A stretch of DNA of 64,000 nucleotides from an uncultured virus (IMG/VR IMGVR_UViG_3300010351_001916) (lineage: Duplodnaviria > Heunggongvirae > Uroviricota > Caudoviricetes), in the IMG/VR virus record IMGVR_UViG_3300010351_001916. One strand, given 5' to 3'. Positions 9,931 through 20,715 of the stretch are shown here, piece after piece (the stretch's first letter is position 1; each line of letters opens with the position of its first letter). The notes beneath the pieces are model-generated. The model had not been told where the DNA came from and ran no database searches. It saw nothing but the letters and a program-made list of their open reading frames with translations. The translations under genes were made by a program, and so were the position numbers.

Positions 9931-10694
9931 GCGACCACTTCCGCACGTTGGCGAAGCTCCTGCGTCAGGACGTGAAGGGGCCGGTGTACGAGCGGCTGTA
10001 CCAGGACGCCCGTACTCGGCACGCCGTGTTCGCAGCCTACCCGGACCTCCGGTCGCTCTTCGTCGAGCTCGCCAAGGACGCTGGCGACGACTACTCCGAG
10101 CGCGACGCCATCACCTTGGCCCTGCTCCGCGAGCGAGCGGCCGGGTACGCATCGCAGTGGTCGTCGGTGCTGACCGTGGTGTACCTGCCCATGCTGCTGC
10201 GGCTGCGACGGCAGCTCGTGTGCGCCGAGCTTCCCAAGGACGACCTCGACCAGCTCGTGCTCGAAGCTTTCCTGACAGCAATCGCGGCGTACCGGCCGAC
10301 CTGGCGAGGACGCACGCCCATCCGGCTGACCCACATGACACGCCGCCGCGTGTTCAAGGTGCTGAAGAAAGAGCTCGCGCAGCGGCGCTGGCGAGAGACA
10401 CAACGTGACATGCTCCAGCGCGGCATCTCGCAGGTGCCGGCCGGCTCCACGTCGACGCCGCCCCTGACCATGCAGCTCGATGCCGTCGTCAGCGTGCTCG
10501 CGGCCAACGTGTCCGAGGAAGGCGCCTTCCTCATCCGCGAGACCGAGCTGGGCCCGGAGACGCTGCACTCCCTGGTGGCGAAGATGACGCTCGCCCCGGA
10601 CGACGACCCCGAGCGCGCATACCAGCGACTGAAGCGCGTTCGGTCACGGGCGAAGAAACGCCTGCGCGACGCGATCGCGGAGTCCCCGCTTTGA
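9927..10694 (+). CDS. Second sigma-like transcription factor
   Basis: VYLPMLLRLRRQ...DDLDQLVLEAFL (region-2-like) and C-terminal YQRLKRVRSRAKKRLR; architecture parallels 366-1130. Confidence 0.55.
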   Translation: MSDHFRTLAKLLRQDVKGPVYERLYQDARTRHAVFAAYPDLRSLFVELAKDAGDDYSERDAITLALLRERAAGYASQWSSVLTVVYLPMLLRLRRQLVCAELPKDDLDQLVLEAFLTAIAAYRPTWRGRTPIRLTHMTRRRVFKVLKKELAQRRWRETQRDMLQRGISQVPAGSTSTPPLTMQLDAVVSVLAANVSEEGAFLIRETELGPETLHSLVAKMTLAPDDDPERAYQRLKRVRSRAKKRLRDAIAESPL

Positions 10695-10710
10695 CCGCCG
10701 ACTGCTCTGC
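10682..10710 (+). promoter_or_regulatory. Class L promoter-like motif GTCCC-N18-CTCTGC
   Basis: One of 7 copies with identical 18-nt spacing. Confidence 0.7.
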
Positions 10711-10727
10711 CACCCCCGGAGGAACCA

Positions 10728-11069
10728 ATGCCCGGAAGAAGCTCACGCCGTAAGGGACACGATTTTGAGCGGGAGATGGTCCACCGCTTCGCCGAGGTCT
10801 TCGGCAAAGACCGCGTGCACCGCGGGATGCAGTTCCGCGACGGTGCCGAGTGCGCGGACGTCGTCGCGCCGGCTCTCCACCTCGAGTGCAAGCGCGGCGC
10901 GCGCACGAATCCTCGGGCGGCCCTTGCGCAAGCGACCGAGGACTCGCTCGGCAAGGGGCTCTGGCCCGTCGCGGTGTGCAAGGACGACAAGGAGCAGGCC
11001 TTCATCGCGATGCACCTCGAAGACTTCCTCGACCTTCTGCGCGAGTGGTGGGCAGCGAGGAGTCGCTGA
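10728..11069 (+). CDS. Holliday-junction-resolvase-like PD-(D/E)XK nuclease
   Basis: RKGHDFERE...ADVV...LECK. Confidence 0.7.
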   Translation: MPGRSSRRKGHDFEREMVHRFAEVFGKDRVHRGMQFRDGAECADVVAPALHLECKRGARTNPRAALAQATEDSLGKGLWPVAVCKDDKEQAFIAMHLEDFLDLLREWWAARSR

Positions 11070-11992
11070 TGTTCGGTGACCGCAATCGCGGCGGCAGACC
11101 TCGAAAAGGCGAGGGGCCACGCGTACCCTACGAGGACCTCGATCGGATCCTCGTGTTCGGCGAGGTGGTGCCTTGCGAGGACGGCAACGGCACGACCGTG
11201 TACTACCCGAGCTACCGCGAGCTGGCAGAGCGCTACGGAGTCTCGAATAGCGTGATTGCCGAGTACGCGAAGTCCCACAACGTGCAGCGGCGCCGCAAGG
11301 AAGCTCAGGCGCGCATCCAGGTGAAGGCCGAGCAGAAGCTCGTCGAGATGCGTGCGAAGGCGATCGCCGTCTCGAAGGACGACGAGCTTCGCATCATCGA
11401 CACCTACCTCGTCGGCTTCGAGACCGCCCTCGCGGAGAATCGAGTGCGTTTCGACAACGCCGCGGACTTCAACACCATGGTGCGCCTCAAGGAGTTCGTG
11501 CTGGGTAACGCCGATTCGCGGCAGGAGATCCACGCTGCGCTCTCGCTCGAGACCCTGCAGGAACGGCACCGCAGGATGATGCGCACGCTCGATGTCACGG
11601 CCGAGGAGCGAGGCGAGGTCGAGAACAGCCTTCCCGAGGAAAGGGACACGGAGAAAATGCTCCTGCACCCCCCGGAGCCCTCGACCGAGGACGGCGCAGG
11701 GGAACCGCCCGCTCGGTTTGCCGGTCGGTTCCGCGAATCCGACCAGGCGGCGACAGTGCTTGGGTCCGGGCGCGACGTCGGCCCAAGTCGCGACGATGCG
11801 CCTCGAGCGACCGTCATTCCGCCCGAGCCCGGCCGAAGCGAGCGTGGGCGAGCCTGCGCGAGCACTGCGGAGGAGACTGCGAGGCTCGAGGAAACACACG
11901 GGCCGCCCACGGTGCCCGACTTCAGGCCCGAGGACGCGCTGGCCGACACGCTTCCGCCGCCGCCCCCCGATGCGGAGGGCGAATGCGAATAG
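11069..11992 (+). CDS. HTH protein, probable terminase small subunit
   Basis: PSYRELAERYGVSNSVI HTH; positioned ahead of the large terminase; long disordered C-terminus. Confidence 0.55.
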   Translation: MFGDRNRGGRPRKGEGPRVPYEDLDRILVFGEVVPCEDGNGTTVYYPSYRELAERYGVSNSVIAEYAKSHNVQRRRKEAQARIQVKAEQKLVEMRAKAIAVSKDDELRIIDTYLVGFETALAENRVRFDNAADFNTMVRLKEFVLGNADSRQEIHAALSLETLQERHRRMMRTLDVTAEERGEVENSLPEERDTEKMLLHPPEPSTEDGAGEPPARFAGRFRESDQAATVLGSGRDVGPSRDDAPRATVIPPEPGRSERGRACASTAEETARLEETHGPPTVPDFRPEDALADTLPPPPPDAEGECE

Positions 11993-12309
11993 CCGCTTTT
12001 ACCCCAATGCGGCCATTCGAGGTCCCGGGGCGCCCTCGCTTTGCGCGAATCAGCGGTCATTCGCGGCGCATTTGCGCGGCATCGAACCGCCGCTTTCCGA
12101 GGCCGGCGCCGCCCTGGTGGGGCAGGATGCCGGCGCTTGCCTACAAGGTGCAGATGGGCGGGGGGTGGTCAGATTTTCGGCAGCCAGGACGCCCCGCCCT
12201 GGGTGCCTGGTGCCGATTTCGACAGGGGCTGGTTCTGGAAACCGACCGCTCCGCGCGCGTGGTCGGTTCGGCCCGGTCGGTATCGTTCTGCAAGTGGGGT
12301 CGGCGGCGC

Positions 12310-12927
12310 TCAGCAGGGCAGCTCCTGGACCGAGCGGACCAGCTCCTCGTCGGTCGGGTGGGTGTAGATCGCGGTCGAAAGGATCGAGCAGTGCCGCGCG
12401 AAACGCTGCGTGAGGCGGATGTCTCGCGTGCGCCGGTAGAGCCCCGAGCACGCCGAGTGGCGAAGCGAATGAAAGTTGAAGTGTCGTTCGAAGCCGGCGC
12501 GCTTCTGCCAGACCGCGAAGAGGTGGCGCAGCTGCCGCGACGACAGGCGCCTGTGCTTGCGGCTCACGAAGAGCGGGGCGTCGCTCTCGACCGCGTGCCC
12601 CTCCGCCCGCTTCTGCTTGAGCAGCTTCTCGAGCTTGGCTCGGACGGTGTCGGACAGGACCACCTCCTGCGGCGCCGGGTCTTCGGTGGCGCGCTTGAAG
12701 ACGCGGAGCGCGACGTGGCGGCGAGCGCGACCGTCGGCGTCGAACACGTCGCCGATGTCGAGGGCCAAGAGCTCGTGCTCGCGCAGGCCGGTGCCGAGGG
12801 CGAGGCTGAAGATCACGTGGTCGCGCCACCCCGCCGCGTGCTCGCCGGTGGTTCGCAGCAGCACGGCGATTTCGCGTTCGGTCAGGGTGCGCGGAGGGCG
12901 TGCGATGGATTCGACGTAATTGCTCAT
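12310..12927 (-). CDS. Tyrosine recombinase, catalytic domain only (about 205 aa)
   Basis: [27 protein letters not shown]. Confidence 0.9.
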   Translation of the reverse strand: MSNYVESIARPPRTLTEREIAVLLRTTGEHAAGWRDHVIFSLALGTGLREHELLALDIGDVFDADGRARRHVALRVFKRATEDPAPQEVVLSDTVRAKLEKLLKQKRAEGHAVESDAPLFVSRKHRRLSSRQLRHLFAVWQKRAGFERHFNFHSLRHSACSGLYRRTRDIRLTQRFARHCSILSTAIYTHPTDEELVRSVQELPC

Positions 12928-12933
12928 GCGTCG

Positions 12934-12964
12934 ATACAGGCTTCTTCCGACGCGCTCAGCAAGG
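12934..12964 (-). promoter_or_regulatory. Class E motif CCTTG-N16-RAGCCTGTAT, 6 nt before the recombinase ATG
   Basis: Same motif and spacing at 49775, 50204 and 51263. Confidence 0.65.
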
Positions 12965-12974
12965 GAAAGTGGCA

Positions 12975-14414
<1,440 letters not shown>

Positions 14415-14431
14415 TACGAAGTCACAACCCG

Positions 14432-16282
14432 CTACTCGGGTTTCGCCCATACGCGCTTCGCGATGACGAACAATACCCGCCCTCGTTCCAACGCGTCACT
14501 TTCAGACCAGGATGTCTTGCCCTGGAAATAGGCATTCAAGACGAGCGCAGATTCCAGCGCAACCTGGGGAAGCTTCTCCTTTGCAGGGCCGTTGCTCACC
14601 GAGCTGTTCAACGGTTGAGTCAGCAGCGTCAGGTTTCCGAAGTCGTGGATGATTTCCTCGCGCGCCAGAGCAGCCGCTTCGGGCTCGCTACCGTCCGGCA
14701 GCGGCCAGTCTTCGGCCTTCCATGACTGCGGGATAACGTGCTCGATCGTCAGCTTGTCCTGCATGGTGATCTTCTTCTCGCGCCTGGGGCTCATTCTAAC
14801 TTCCTCGGCTTCCTCAAGCGCGCGCAAGATCATTTCGGCTCGGCCGGCCTTCAACTCGCTGTAGGCATCGAGCGTCAGCCACGCTTTCTCGAAAGCCTCA
14901 TCGTCGGGCCAATCGACGTTCTCGCCTTTTCCGGCAGCGAGAAGCGTCTGAAATGCAATCCGTGTCGGTTTCTCGATGGCTTCAAAGTCCCGCAAGAGCT
15001 GCATGAACAACCGGTTGTAGTTCTTCGTCGGCCGACTGCAGATGAGCCTACGAACGAGGAAGGACTCCAGATCCTGGTAGATGCCGTTGCGCTCGGCGTT
15101 GGGGAGGCGCTCGTTGCCCAGCAGCGCGAGGACAAGAGGATATGCGGTGCTGATGTCGAGGACGCGCAAGCGCTCAGCGAACTGCCCAAGCTGGGTGGAC
15201 GTGTCTGGACGAAGCAGAGACAAGAAGTGATCTGCAAAGCGAGTGATGTCCTGCAACTCCTGCTCAACAGTATTGAACGGGCGTTCCTTTTCTATCCACG
15301 CCTTGTACTCCGGATACAACCTGCCGCTGTGCACGTCTCGGCTGAGCTTCATCGTGAGGTAGTGCTGAACGAGCAAGTCGAGACGCGCCCGGAACAAGCG
15401 GCCCTGCCTCTCCTCGGCCTCCCAGAATCTCGCGCCGTCTGGAATGGAGGGGTCGTTCGGCGTCTCGAATCTCGTCCAGTACAACCTATGCAATCGATCC
15501 GCCTCGGCCGAGCCGCCTGCTCTCTGGAAGATGAAGTTGCGCATCAGATCGGAAGCAAGCAGCGGAACTCCCCGAGCGTTTAGCGTCTCGAAGATCGCCT
15601 GTGGATCCTCGTGTCCTCCGAGTTCGATCGACACGAGCTGGAGGCGCTTATCAATGACCCGGCGAAGGATGCGTAGACGCTCAGCGACATGTTCCTCCCC
15701 GTTCTCGCGAAGCCACGCCGTGGCTGCATCGTGGAAGAAGAGATATGCCTCCACCATGCGCGGGCGGGGCTGGAGCCGCTTGCGACGAAACACGGGCGGG
15801 TGCTTTGCCTCGATCGCCGTCCTGGATCGGGCCGAGCTGACAAGCCGGAACTGCTCCACATCTCGGCTTGTCGGCCAGAGCTTGAACTGCTCGACCTCGG
15901 GATTCGCGATAACGTTGGGGTTTTTCGTGAGTCCGTCCAGCCACGGAGCGACCTGCTTGTCCCCAATTTCGAACGCGATATCGCGCAACGCCGCAAGGAA
16001 AATTTGGAAGGTGGTCAGGCGTTGCTGACCGTCGATGACATCGTGCGCAAGAATCTCGTCGCCCCAGGACTTGCGTTGCTGGATTACGATCGCGCCCATG
16101 AAGTGGACCGGAACATCCTCAGATGGGCCGGAGAGATCGACCTCCGCTCGATCAACGATGTCATCCCACAGGGGTTCCCACTGGAGCTCGCGAGACCACA
16201 CGTATGGTCGCTGGAAGAGCGGGATGGCGTATCTCCGCTCGTTCGCGAAAACGTTCGATAGGCTCTTCTTGAAGACTTCCAT
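14432..16282 (-). CDS. DUF262-DUF1524 (GmrSD/SspE-family) restriction nuclease
   Basis: IPLFQRPYVW, IDGQQRLTT, IFETLNARG, TIEHVIPQ, GNLTLL; antisense and lower GC. Confidence 0.9.
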   Translation of the reverse strand: MEVFKKSLSNVFANERRYAIPLFQRPYVWSRELQWEPLWDDIVDRAEVDLSGPSEDVPVHFMGAIVIQQRKSWGDEILAHDVIDGQQRLTTFQIFLAALRDIAFEIGDKQVAPWLDGLTKNPNVIANPEVEQFKLWPTSRDVEQFRLVSSARSRTAIEAKHPPVFRRKRLQPRPRMVEAYLFFHDAATAWLRENGEEHVAERLRILRRVIDKRLQLVSIELGGHEDPQAIFETLNARGVPLLASDLMRNFIFQRAGGSAEADRLHRLYWTRFETPNDPSIPDGARFWEAEERQGRLFRARLDLLVQHYLTMKLSRDVHSGRLYPEYKAWIEKERPFNTVEQELQDITRFADHFLSLLRPDTSTQLGQFAERLRVLDISTAYPLVLALLGNERLPNAERNGIYQDLESFLVRRLICSRPTKNYNRLFMQLLRDFEAIEKPTRIAFQTLLAAGKGENVDWPDDEAFEKAWLTLDAYSELKAGRAEMILRALEEAEEVRMSPRREKKITMQDKLTIEHVIPQSWKAEDWPLPDGSEPEAAALAREEIIHDFGNLTLLTQPLNSSVSNGPAKEKLPQVALESALVLNAYFQGKTSWSESDALERGRVLFVIAKRVWAKPE

Positions 16283-16360
16283 CAGGACCCTCTCTCGCCT
16301 GAATCTCACTGCAGGCGGATGATCTCGTCAAGCGTTCGTTCGTGGTGGGACCTTCCCGCG

Positions 16361-16389
16361 GTCCCATGCGCCCGTCTGATCGACTCTGC
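16361..16389 (+). promoter_or_regulatory. Class L motif GTCCC-N18-CTCTGC
   Basis: Immediately upstream of the portal gene. Confidence 0.7.
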
Positions 16390-16397
16390 TTGGAGGC

Positions 16398-18212
16398 GTG
16401 ACTCCCGAATCAACCTCACCAGCCGCCGCAGCCACGGCCACATCTGTTTTCAAGGCCCTCGTCCTCGGCGCCACAACTCCCGACCAAGCCTCGCGCCCGG
16501 GCGGCGAGGTCGGCGCCGTATTCGCCTCGCTCGGCGCGCTGGAGCCGCCCTACGACCCGGAGGCGCTGTGCCTGCTCTTCGAGCACTCGAACTCCCTGCG
16601 CCAGAACGTCGACGCCTACGCCACCAACATCGACGGCTTCGGCCACCGCCTCGACCCTGCGATCGACTTCGACGCGGACGACGCCGATCGGCGCGTCGGC
16701 GAGTGCATCTTCCTCGAGCGCCTGGCCGCGCGCGATCACGGCGAGCTTCCCCCGGAGGCCGAGCTCGAGCCGACCTTGGACGAGATCAAGGAGCGACGGC
16801 GGGAGCTGGTCCAGCTCGCCCGCACCGAGCGGGCTCGGCTCGCGAGCTTCTTCGAGTTCTGCTCGTTCGATCATTCGTTCGTCGAGCTGCGCCGCCGCAC
16901 GCGTCAGGACCTCGAGGTCACGGGCAACGCGTACTGGGAGGTGCTGCGCAACGCCGCGGGCGAGGTCGCCCGCCTGGTGTACGTGCCGTCGTATACGATG
17001 CGACTGCTGCCGCTCGACGCCAACCCCGTTCCCGTCGAGGAGAGTGTGCGCATCTCGCCTGTCACCCTCGAGCGCGTGACGACGCGCCAGCGCATGCGCC
17101 GCTTTCTGCAGGTGCAGTACACACAGCGCACGTTCTTCAAGGCCTTCGGCGATCCGCGGTTCGTGTCGCGCACCACGGGCGAGGTCTTCGCCAGCCTCGA
17201 CCAGCTCCGCGCCCGCGATGCTGCCGACGGCCCCGCCACCGAGATCCTGCACTTCGCCATCCCGTCGCCCCGATCACCCTACGGCATCCCGCGATGGGTG
17301 GGCGGCCTGCTCGCCGTGATGGGGTCCCGGTCGATGGAGGAGGTAAACTACCTCTACTTCGAGAACAAGAGCGTCCCTCCGCTGGCGCTGCTCGTGTCCG
17401 GCGGGAAGCTCTCCGAAGCCTCTGTCCCGCGCATCGAGCGGTTCATCGAAGAGAACCTCAAGGGGAAGAACAACTTCCACAAGGTGCTAATCCTCGAGGC
17501 TGAAGGCGCCTCCAGCGCCAACGACGCAGCCCGCGCTCGCATCGAGCTTCGCCCGCTCACCGAGGCGCAGCAGCACGACGCACTGTTCCAGCAATACGAC
17601 GAGCGCAACATCGACAAGGTGGGCAGCGCGTTCCGGCTCCCGCGCCTGCTGCGCGGAGACAGCCGCGACTTCAACAGGGCCGTCGCCGACGCTCAGCTTC
17701 GCTTCGCCGAGGACCAGGTCTTCCAGCCCGAGCGCGACGAGTTCGACTTCATCGTCAACCGCAAGCTCCTCGCCGACATGGGCATTCGATTCTGGCGCTT
17801 CCGCTCGCAGACTCCCGTCACCCGCGATCCCGAGCGCATGACCAACATGGTCGAGAAGCTCGTGCGGGTCGGCGTGCTCACCCCTGAGGAAGGGCGCGCC
17901 CTTGCCAGCGACATCTTCAACCGCGAGTTTGCCAAGCTCAGCGCGGACTGGACGAAGCGCCCCATCACACTCACGCTCGCGGGAATCCAAAACGGCGTCG
18001 AAGATCTCCGGCCGAAGCCTCCAAGCGAAACCCTCATCGACCAGGCCAAGCGCCTCCTTGCCTTGCGCGAAGAGCTCGCCGCCGAGGAGGAGCGCCGGGC
18101 TGCCGAGCGGATGCACATGGCACGAGACGCAATGCGACGTCCCGAGCCTGAGCGCGTCGAGGTGCCGTCCGAGGAGTGGCGCACTTGGTTCCAGGAGGGT
18201 GGCGATGGATAG
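16398..18212 (+). CDS. Portal protein (PBSX family)
   Basis: LEPPYDP, DLEVTGNAYWEVLRN, EILHF, YGIPRW, YFENKSVP. Confidence 0.9.
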   Translation: MTPESTSPAAAATATSVFKALVLGATTPDQASRPGGEVGAVFASLGALEPPYDPEALCLLFEHSNSLRQNVDAYATNIDGFGHRLDPAIDFDADDADRRVGECIFLERLAARDHGELPPEAELEPTLDEIKERRRELVQLARTERARLASFFEFCSFDHSFVELRRRTRQDLEVTGNAYWEVLRNAAGEVARLVYVPSYTMRLLPLDANPVPVEESVRISPVTLERVTTRQRMRRFLQVQYTQRTFFKAFGDPRFVSRTTGEVFASLDQLRARDAADGPATEILHFAIPSPRSPYGIPRWVGGLLAVMGSRSMEEVNYLYFENKSVPPLALLVSGGKLSEASVPRIERFIEENLKGKNNFHKVLILEAEGASSANDAARARIELRPLTEAQQHDALFQQYDERNIDKVGSAFRLPRLLRGDSRDFNRAVADAQLRFAEDQVFQPERDEFDFIVNRKLLADMGIRFWRFRSQTPVTRDPERMTNMVEKLVRVGVLTPEEGRALASDIFNREFAKLSADWTKRPITLTLAGIQNGVEDLRPKPPSETLIDQAKRLLALREELAAEEERRAAERMHMARDAMRRPEPERVEVPSEEWRTWFQEGGDG

Positions 18213-18462
18213 TGACGCCCTCCACCGAGCCTGGGTTGCGCAGGCGCAAGCCGACGCCGACCGGGGAGTCATCGTGTGCCGCATCTGCAAGCGCCACAGC
18301 CAACTCGACGAGGCGATCACGCTCTGGCGCAACGGCTTCCTCGTGTTCGCCGTGTGCGACCGATGCTGCGGGAGCCACGACGTTGTGATTCGACCGACCG
18401 GCGCGGGCATCGAGGTGCGAGGCGTGAGCCGTGGCCCCCTGGTGATTCGGGGAGCGCCGTGA
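18205..18462 (+). CDS. Small Zn-finger protein
   Basis: CRIC...CDRC; GGAGG upstream. Confidence 0.55.
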   Translation: MDSDALHRAWVAQAQADADRGVIVCRICKRHSQLDEAITLWRNGFLVFAVCDRCCGSHDVVIRPTGAGIEVRGVSRGPLVIRGAP

Positions 18463-18758
18463 AGGCCCTCGTGGCCACCAAGCGACCGTGCAACCTCGGT
18501 CGCAGCGAAATGCGGCGTGTTCCGCAGGACCGATCCTACCGCGGTATCGTCGGCTACCACGTCTGCTGCCCCCGCTGTGGATTCGTCACGGCGGTGCTGA
18601 ACGGCGCCGGGGGCCTGGCGATCACGGAGTCGGTGGACGAGGCAGTCTCGTTCTCCCAGCCGGCGCGCTGCGTGTTCTGCAACGTGCTGATCCACCTCGC
18701 CGCCGGCGAGCTCACCCTCGAGGAGGATGACCGTGTGCGGGACGTCACCTACCGATGA
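18459..18758 (+). CDS. Small Zn-ribbon protein
   Basis: CPRC...CVFC; GTGA overlap with the previous gene. Confidence 0.55.
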   Translation: MKALVATKRPCNLGRSEMRRVPQDRSYRGIVGYHVCCPRCGFVTAVLNGAGGLAITESVDEAVSFSQPARCVFCNVLIHLAAGELTLEEDDRVRDVTYR

Positions 18759-19806
18759 CCTCGCCCTGATTCGATGTGCGCGGCGCGCAGCCGACGAACT
18801 GCTCGTCGACCTCGGCGTTCCCGTTCGGAAGGCCTTCGATGTGGCGACGCCCCGAGGCTTCGACGCGGCGGTCTCGCGACTCGCGGCTCTACTCCGCAGG
18901 CTGGTTCGCGTCTCCGAGGCCGAGGCTGTGCGACAGGCAGTCGCGGTCCTCGACGTCGACTGGCGAGTAATGACTCCCGCGCGGCGGAGCCAGCTCGTTC
19001 GCCAGGCACTCGCGGCGGCCGGACGCGTGGTGTCCACCGTTCACGAGCAGGTGCGGGCGCCGCTTGGGCGCGCCGCGTCCGACGTGGTGGCGGCGACGCG
19101 ATCCGATGGGCGGCGGCGCGGACTCGCGATCGCCGCGGACTTCAATGCAGTGGACCGGCGCGCCGTCGCGTACGTGCTACGCGCCAACAGCCTGTTCGTG
19201 CGAGACGAGTACGGCCGACGGCTCGATTGGTTCGGCATCGAGGCAAAGCGCATTGTCGCTCGAGGGCTCGAAGATGGGCTCGGCCGCGACGAGATTGCCG
19301 GCGACCTGTCGCGCGCCGCGAACGCGGCGATGGTGCAGCGGTCCGCGTCATACTGGGATGTGATCGCCGCCTCGTTCGTGGGCGAAGCGCGAAGCCTCTC
19401 GCAGATCTCGTCCTATGCCGAGGCCGGCATCGAACGCTACATGCTGTCCGCGGTCCTCGACGAGCACACGACTGATACTTGCCGGTTCCTCGACGGGAAA
19501 GTCATCCAGACCGAGGACGCGGTCAGGATGCTCGACCGCATGGAGTCCACCGACGAGCCCGCCGCCATCAAGCAAGTCCGCCCGTGGGTACGCGAACGCT
19601 TCGGGGAGGACGGGAAGCGCGCTCTCGTGGTGGACCGCGACGGCGAGCGCAAACTGCTGGCCGTCGTCGAGCGATCCGGTGTCGGTGCCCGCGACGACCG
19701 TGGCGCGTATTCGCAAGCTGTCTCCGGTCGAGAACTCGCGCCCGCTGGAATCGGATTCCCGCCATTTCATGGCCTCTGCAGGACCACCACGGTTGCCGAC
19801 GTCTGA
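18727..19806 (+). CDS. Minor head / head morphogenesis protein (Mu gpF / SPP1 gp7-like)
   Basis: AVLDEHTTDTCRFLDG, PPFHGLCRTT. Confidence 0.85.
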   Translation: MTVCGTSPTDDLALIRCARRAADELLVDLGVPVRKAFDVATPRGFDAAVSRLAALLRRLVRVSEAEAVRQAVAVLDVDWRVMTPARRSQLVRQALAAAGRVVSTVHEQVRAPLGRAASDVVAATRSDGRRRGLAIAADFNAVDRRAVAYVLRANSLFVRDEYGRRLDWFGIEAKRIVARGLEDGLGRDEIAGDLSRAANAAMVQRSASYWDVIAASFVGEARSLSQISSYAEAGIERYMLSAVLDEHTTDTCRFLDGKVIQTEDAVRMLDRMESTDEPAAIKQVRPWVRERFGEDGKRALVVDRDGERKLLAVVERSGVGARDDRGAYSQAVSGRELAPAGIGFPPFHGLCRTTTVADV

Positions 19807-19877
19807 TCTGCAATTCACAACTACCCTGTTGCGCAGTTCGCCGTGCGATGCTCTTCTCCGTCCAAACGGAGGTCAAC

Positions 19878-20597
19878 GTGGCACGCAAGACCGAAGAATC
19901 CCCGACCGAGGCAATCGTAGTCGCCGAGCAGGAACCAGTGCTGCCGGCCAGCGCCGCGAAGCAGGACACAAAGCTCGTAGACAAGGCGGCAAAGCAAATC
20001 CGCGACATCCTCGCGCGCACCGTCTCGCAAGGCCTGGAGGACGTGGGCAACTACCTCCTCGACACGTTCTACGACGGAAAGCCCGAGCTGTACCAGTCGC
20101 TGAAGCCGAGCAAACACGCGTCGCTCACCCTGCTCGAGGAGCGCTGTGAGACGCTGGACCTGCCCGTGAGCCGCACGTTCCTCGCGAACGCGATCGGCGT
20201 CGCGGTGATGACCAAGCCCCTGCCTCGGTCGTCGCCGATCCTGAAGTTGCCGCCGAGTCACAAGCAGGAGCTCCTTCGCGTCAGCACCCCCGAGAAGGCG
20301 GAGAGCCTCGCGGAGAAAGCGCTAGAGGGGAAGCTCACCGTGCAGAAGCTCCGCGATCTGGTGCGCAAGGAGCGCACGAAGAGCAAGAAGAACCCGCAGG
20401 GGCGAAAGCCCACTCCGACCGTCGTGCGCGTGCTCACATCGTGCGCCAAACTGCTGCGCGATCAGACCACCGGGCGCATTGTGTTCCGGAAGGCCGACTT
20501 CGCTGAGCTCACGCCGGAGCAGGTGGACGACGTGAAGGAGCTGCGGGAGATGATCCTCAAGCGGATGGACGAAGTGCAGAAGCACCTCGGCGGATAG
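19878..20597 (+). CDS. Hypothetical helical, basic protein (cargo-like, possible DNA binder)
   Basis: GGAGG then GTG; lies between head genes and is followed by a class L motif. Confidence 0.65.
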   Translation: MARKTEESPTEAIVVAEQEPVLPASAAKQDTKLVDKAAKQIRDILARTVSQGLEDVGNYLLDTFYDGKPELYQSLKPSKHASLTLLEERCETLDLPVSRTFLANAIGVAVMTKPLPRSSPILKLPPSHKQELLRVSTPEKAESLAEKALEGKLTVQKLRDLVRKERTKSKKNPQGRKPTPTVVRVLTSCAKLLRDQTTGRIVFRKADFAELTPEQVDDVKELREMILKRMDEVQKHLGG

Positions 20598-20609
20598 CGC
20601 AGCGTCGCT

Positions 20610-20638
20610 GTCCCCGCTCTCGAGCGCCGCCCCTCTGC
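20610..20638 (+). promoter_or_regulatory. Class L motif GTCCC-N18-CTCTGC
   Basis: Upstream of the MTase-protease gene. Confidence 0.7.
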
Positions 20639-20715
20639 CCCCTGCGTGACACAGCGCAGGTACCCGTTCCACGCCCCGTCGTCCAAGCCCGGCCTTGCAC
20701 CCGTGGAGGCGCGCC

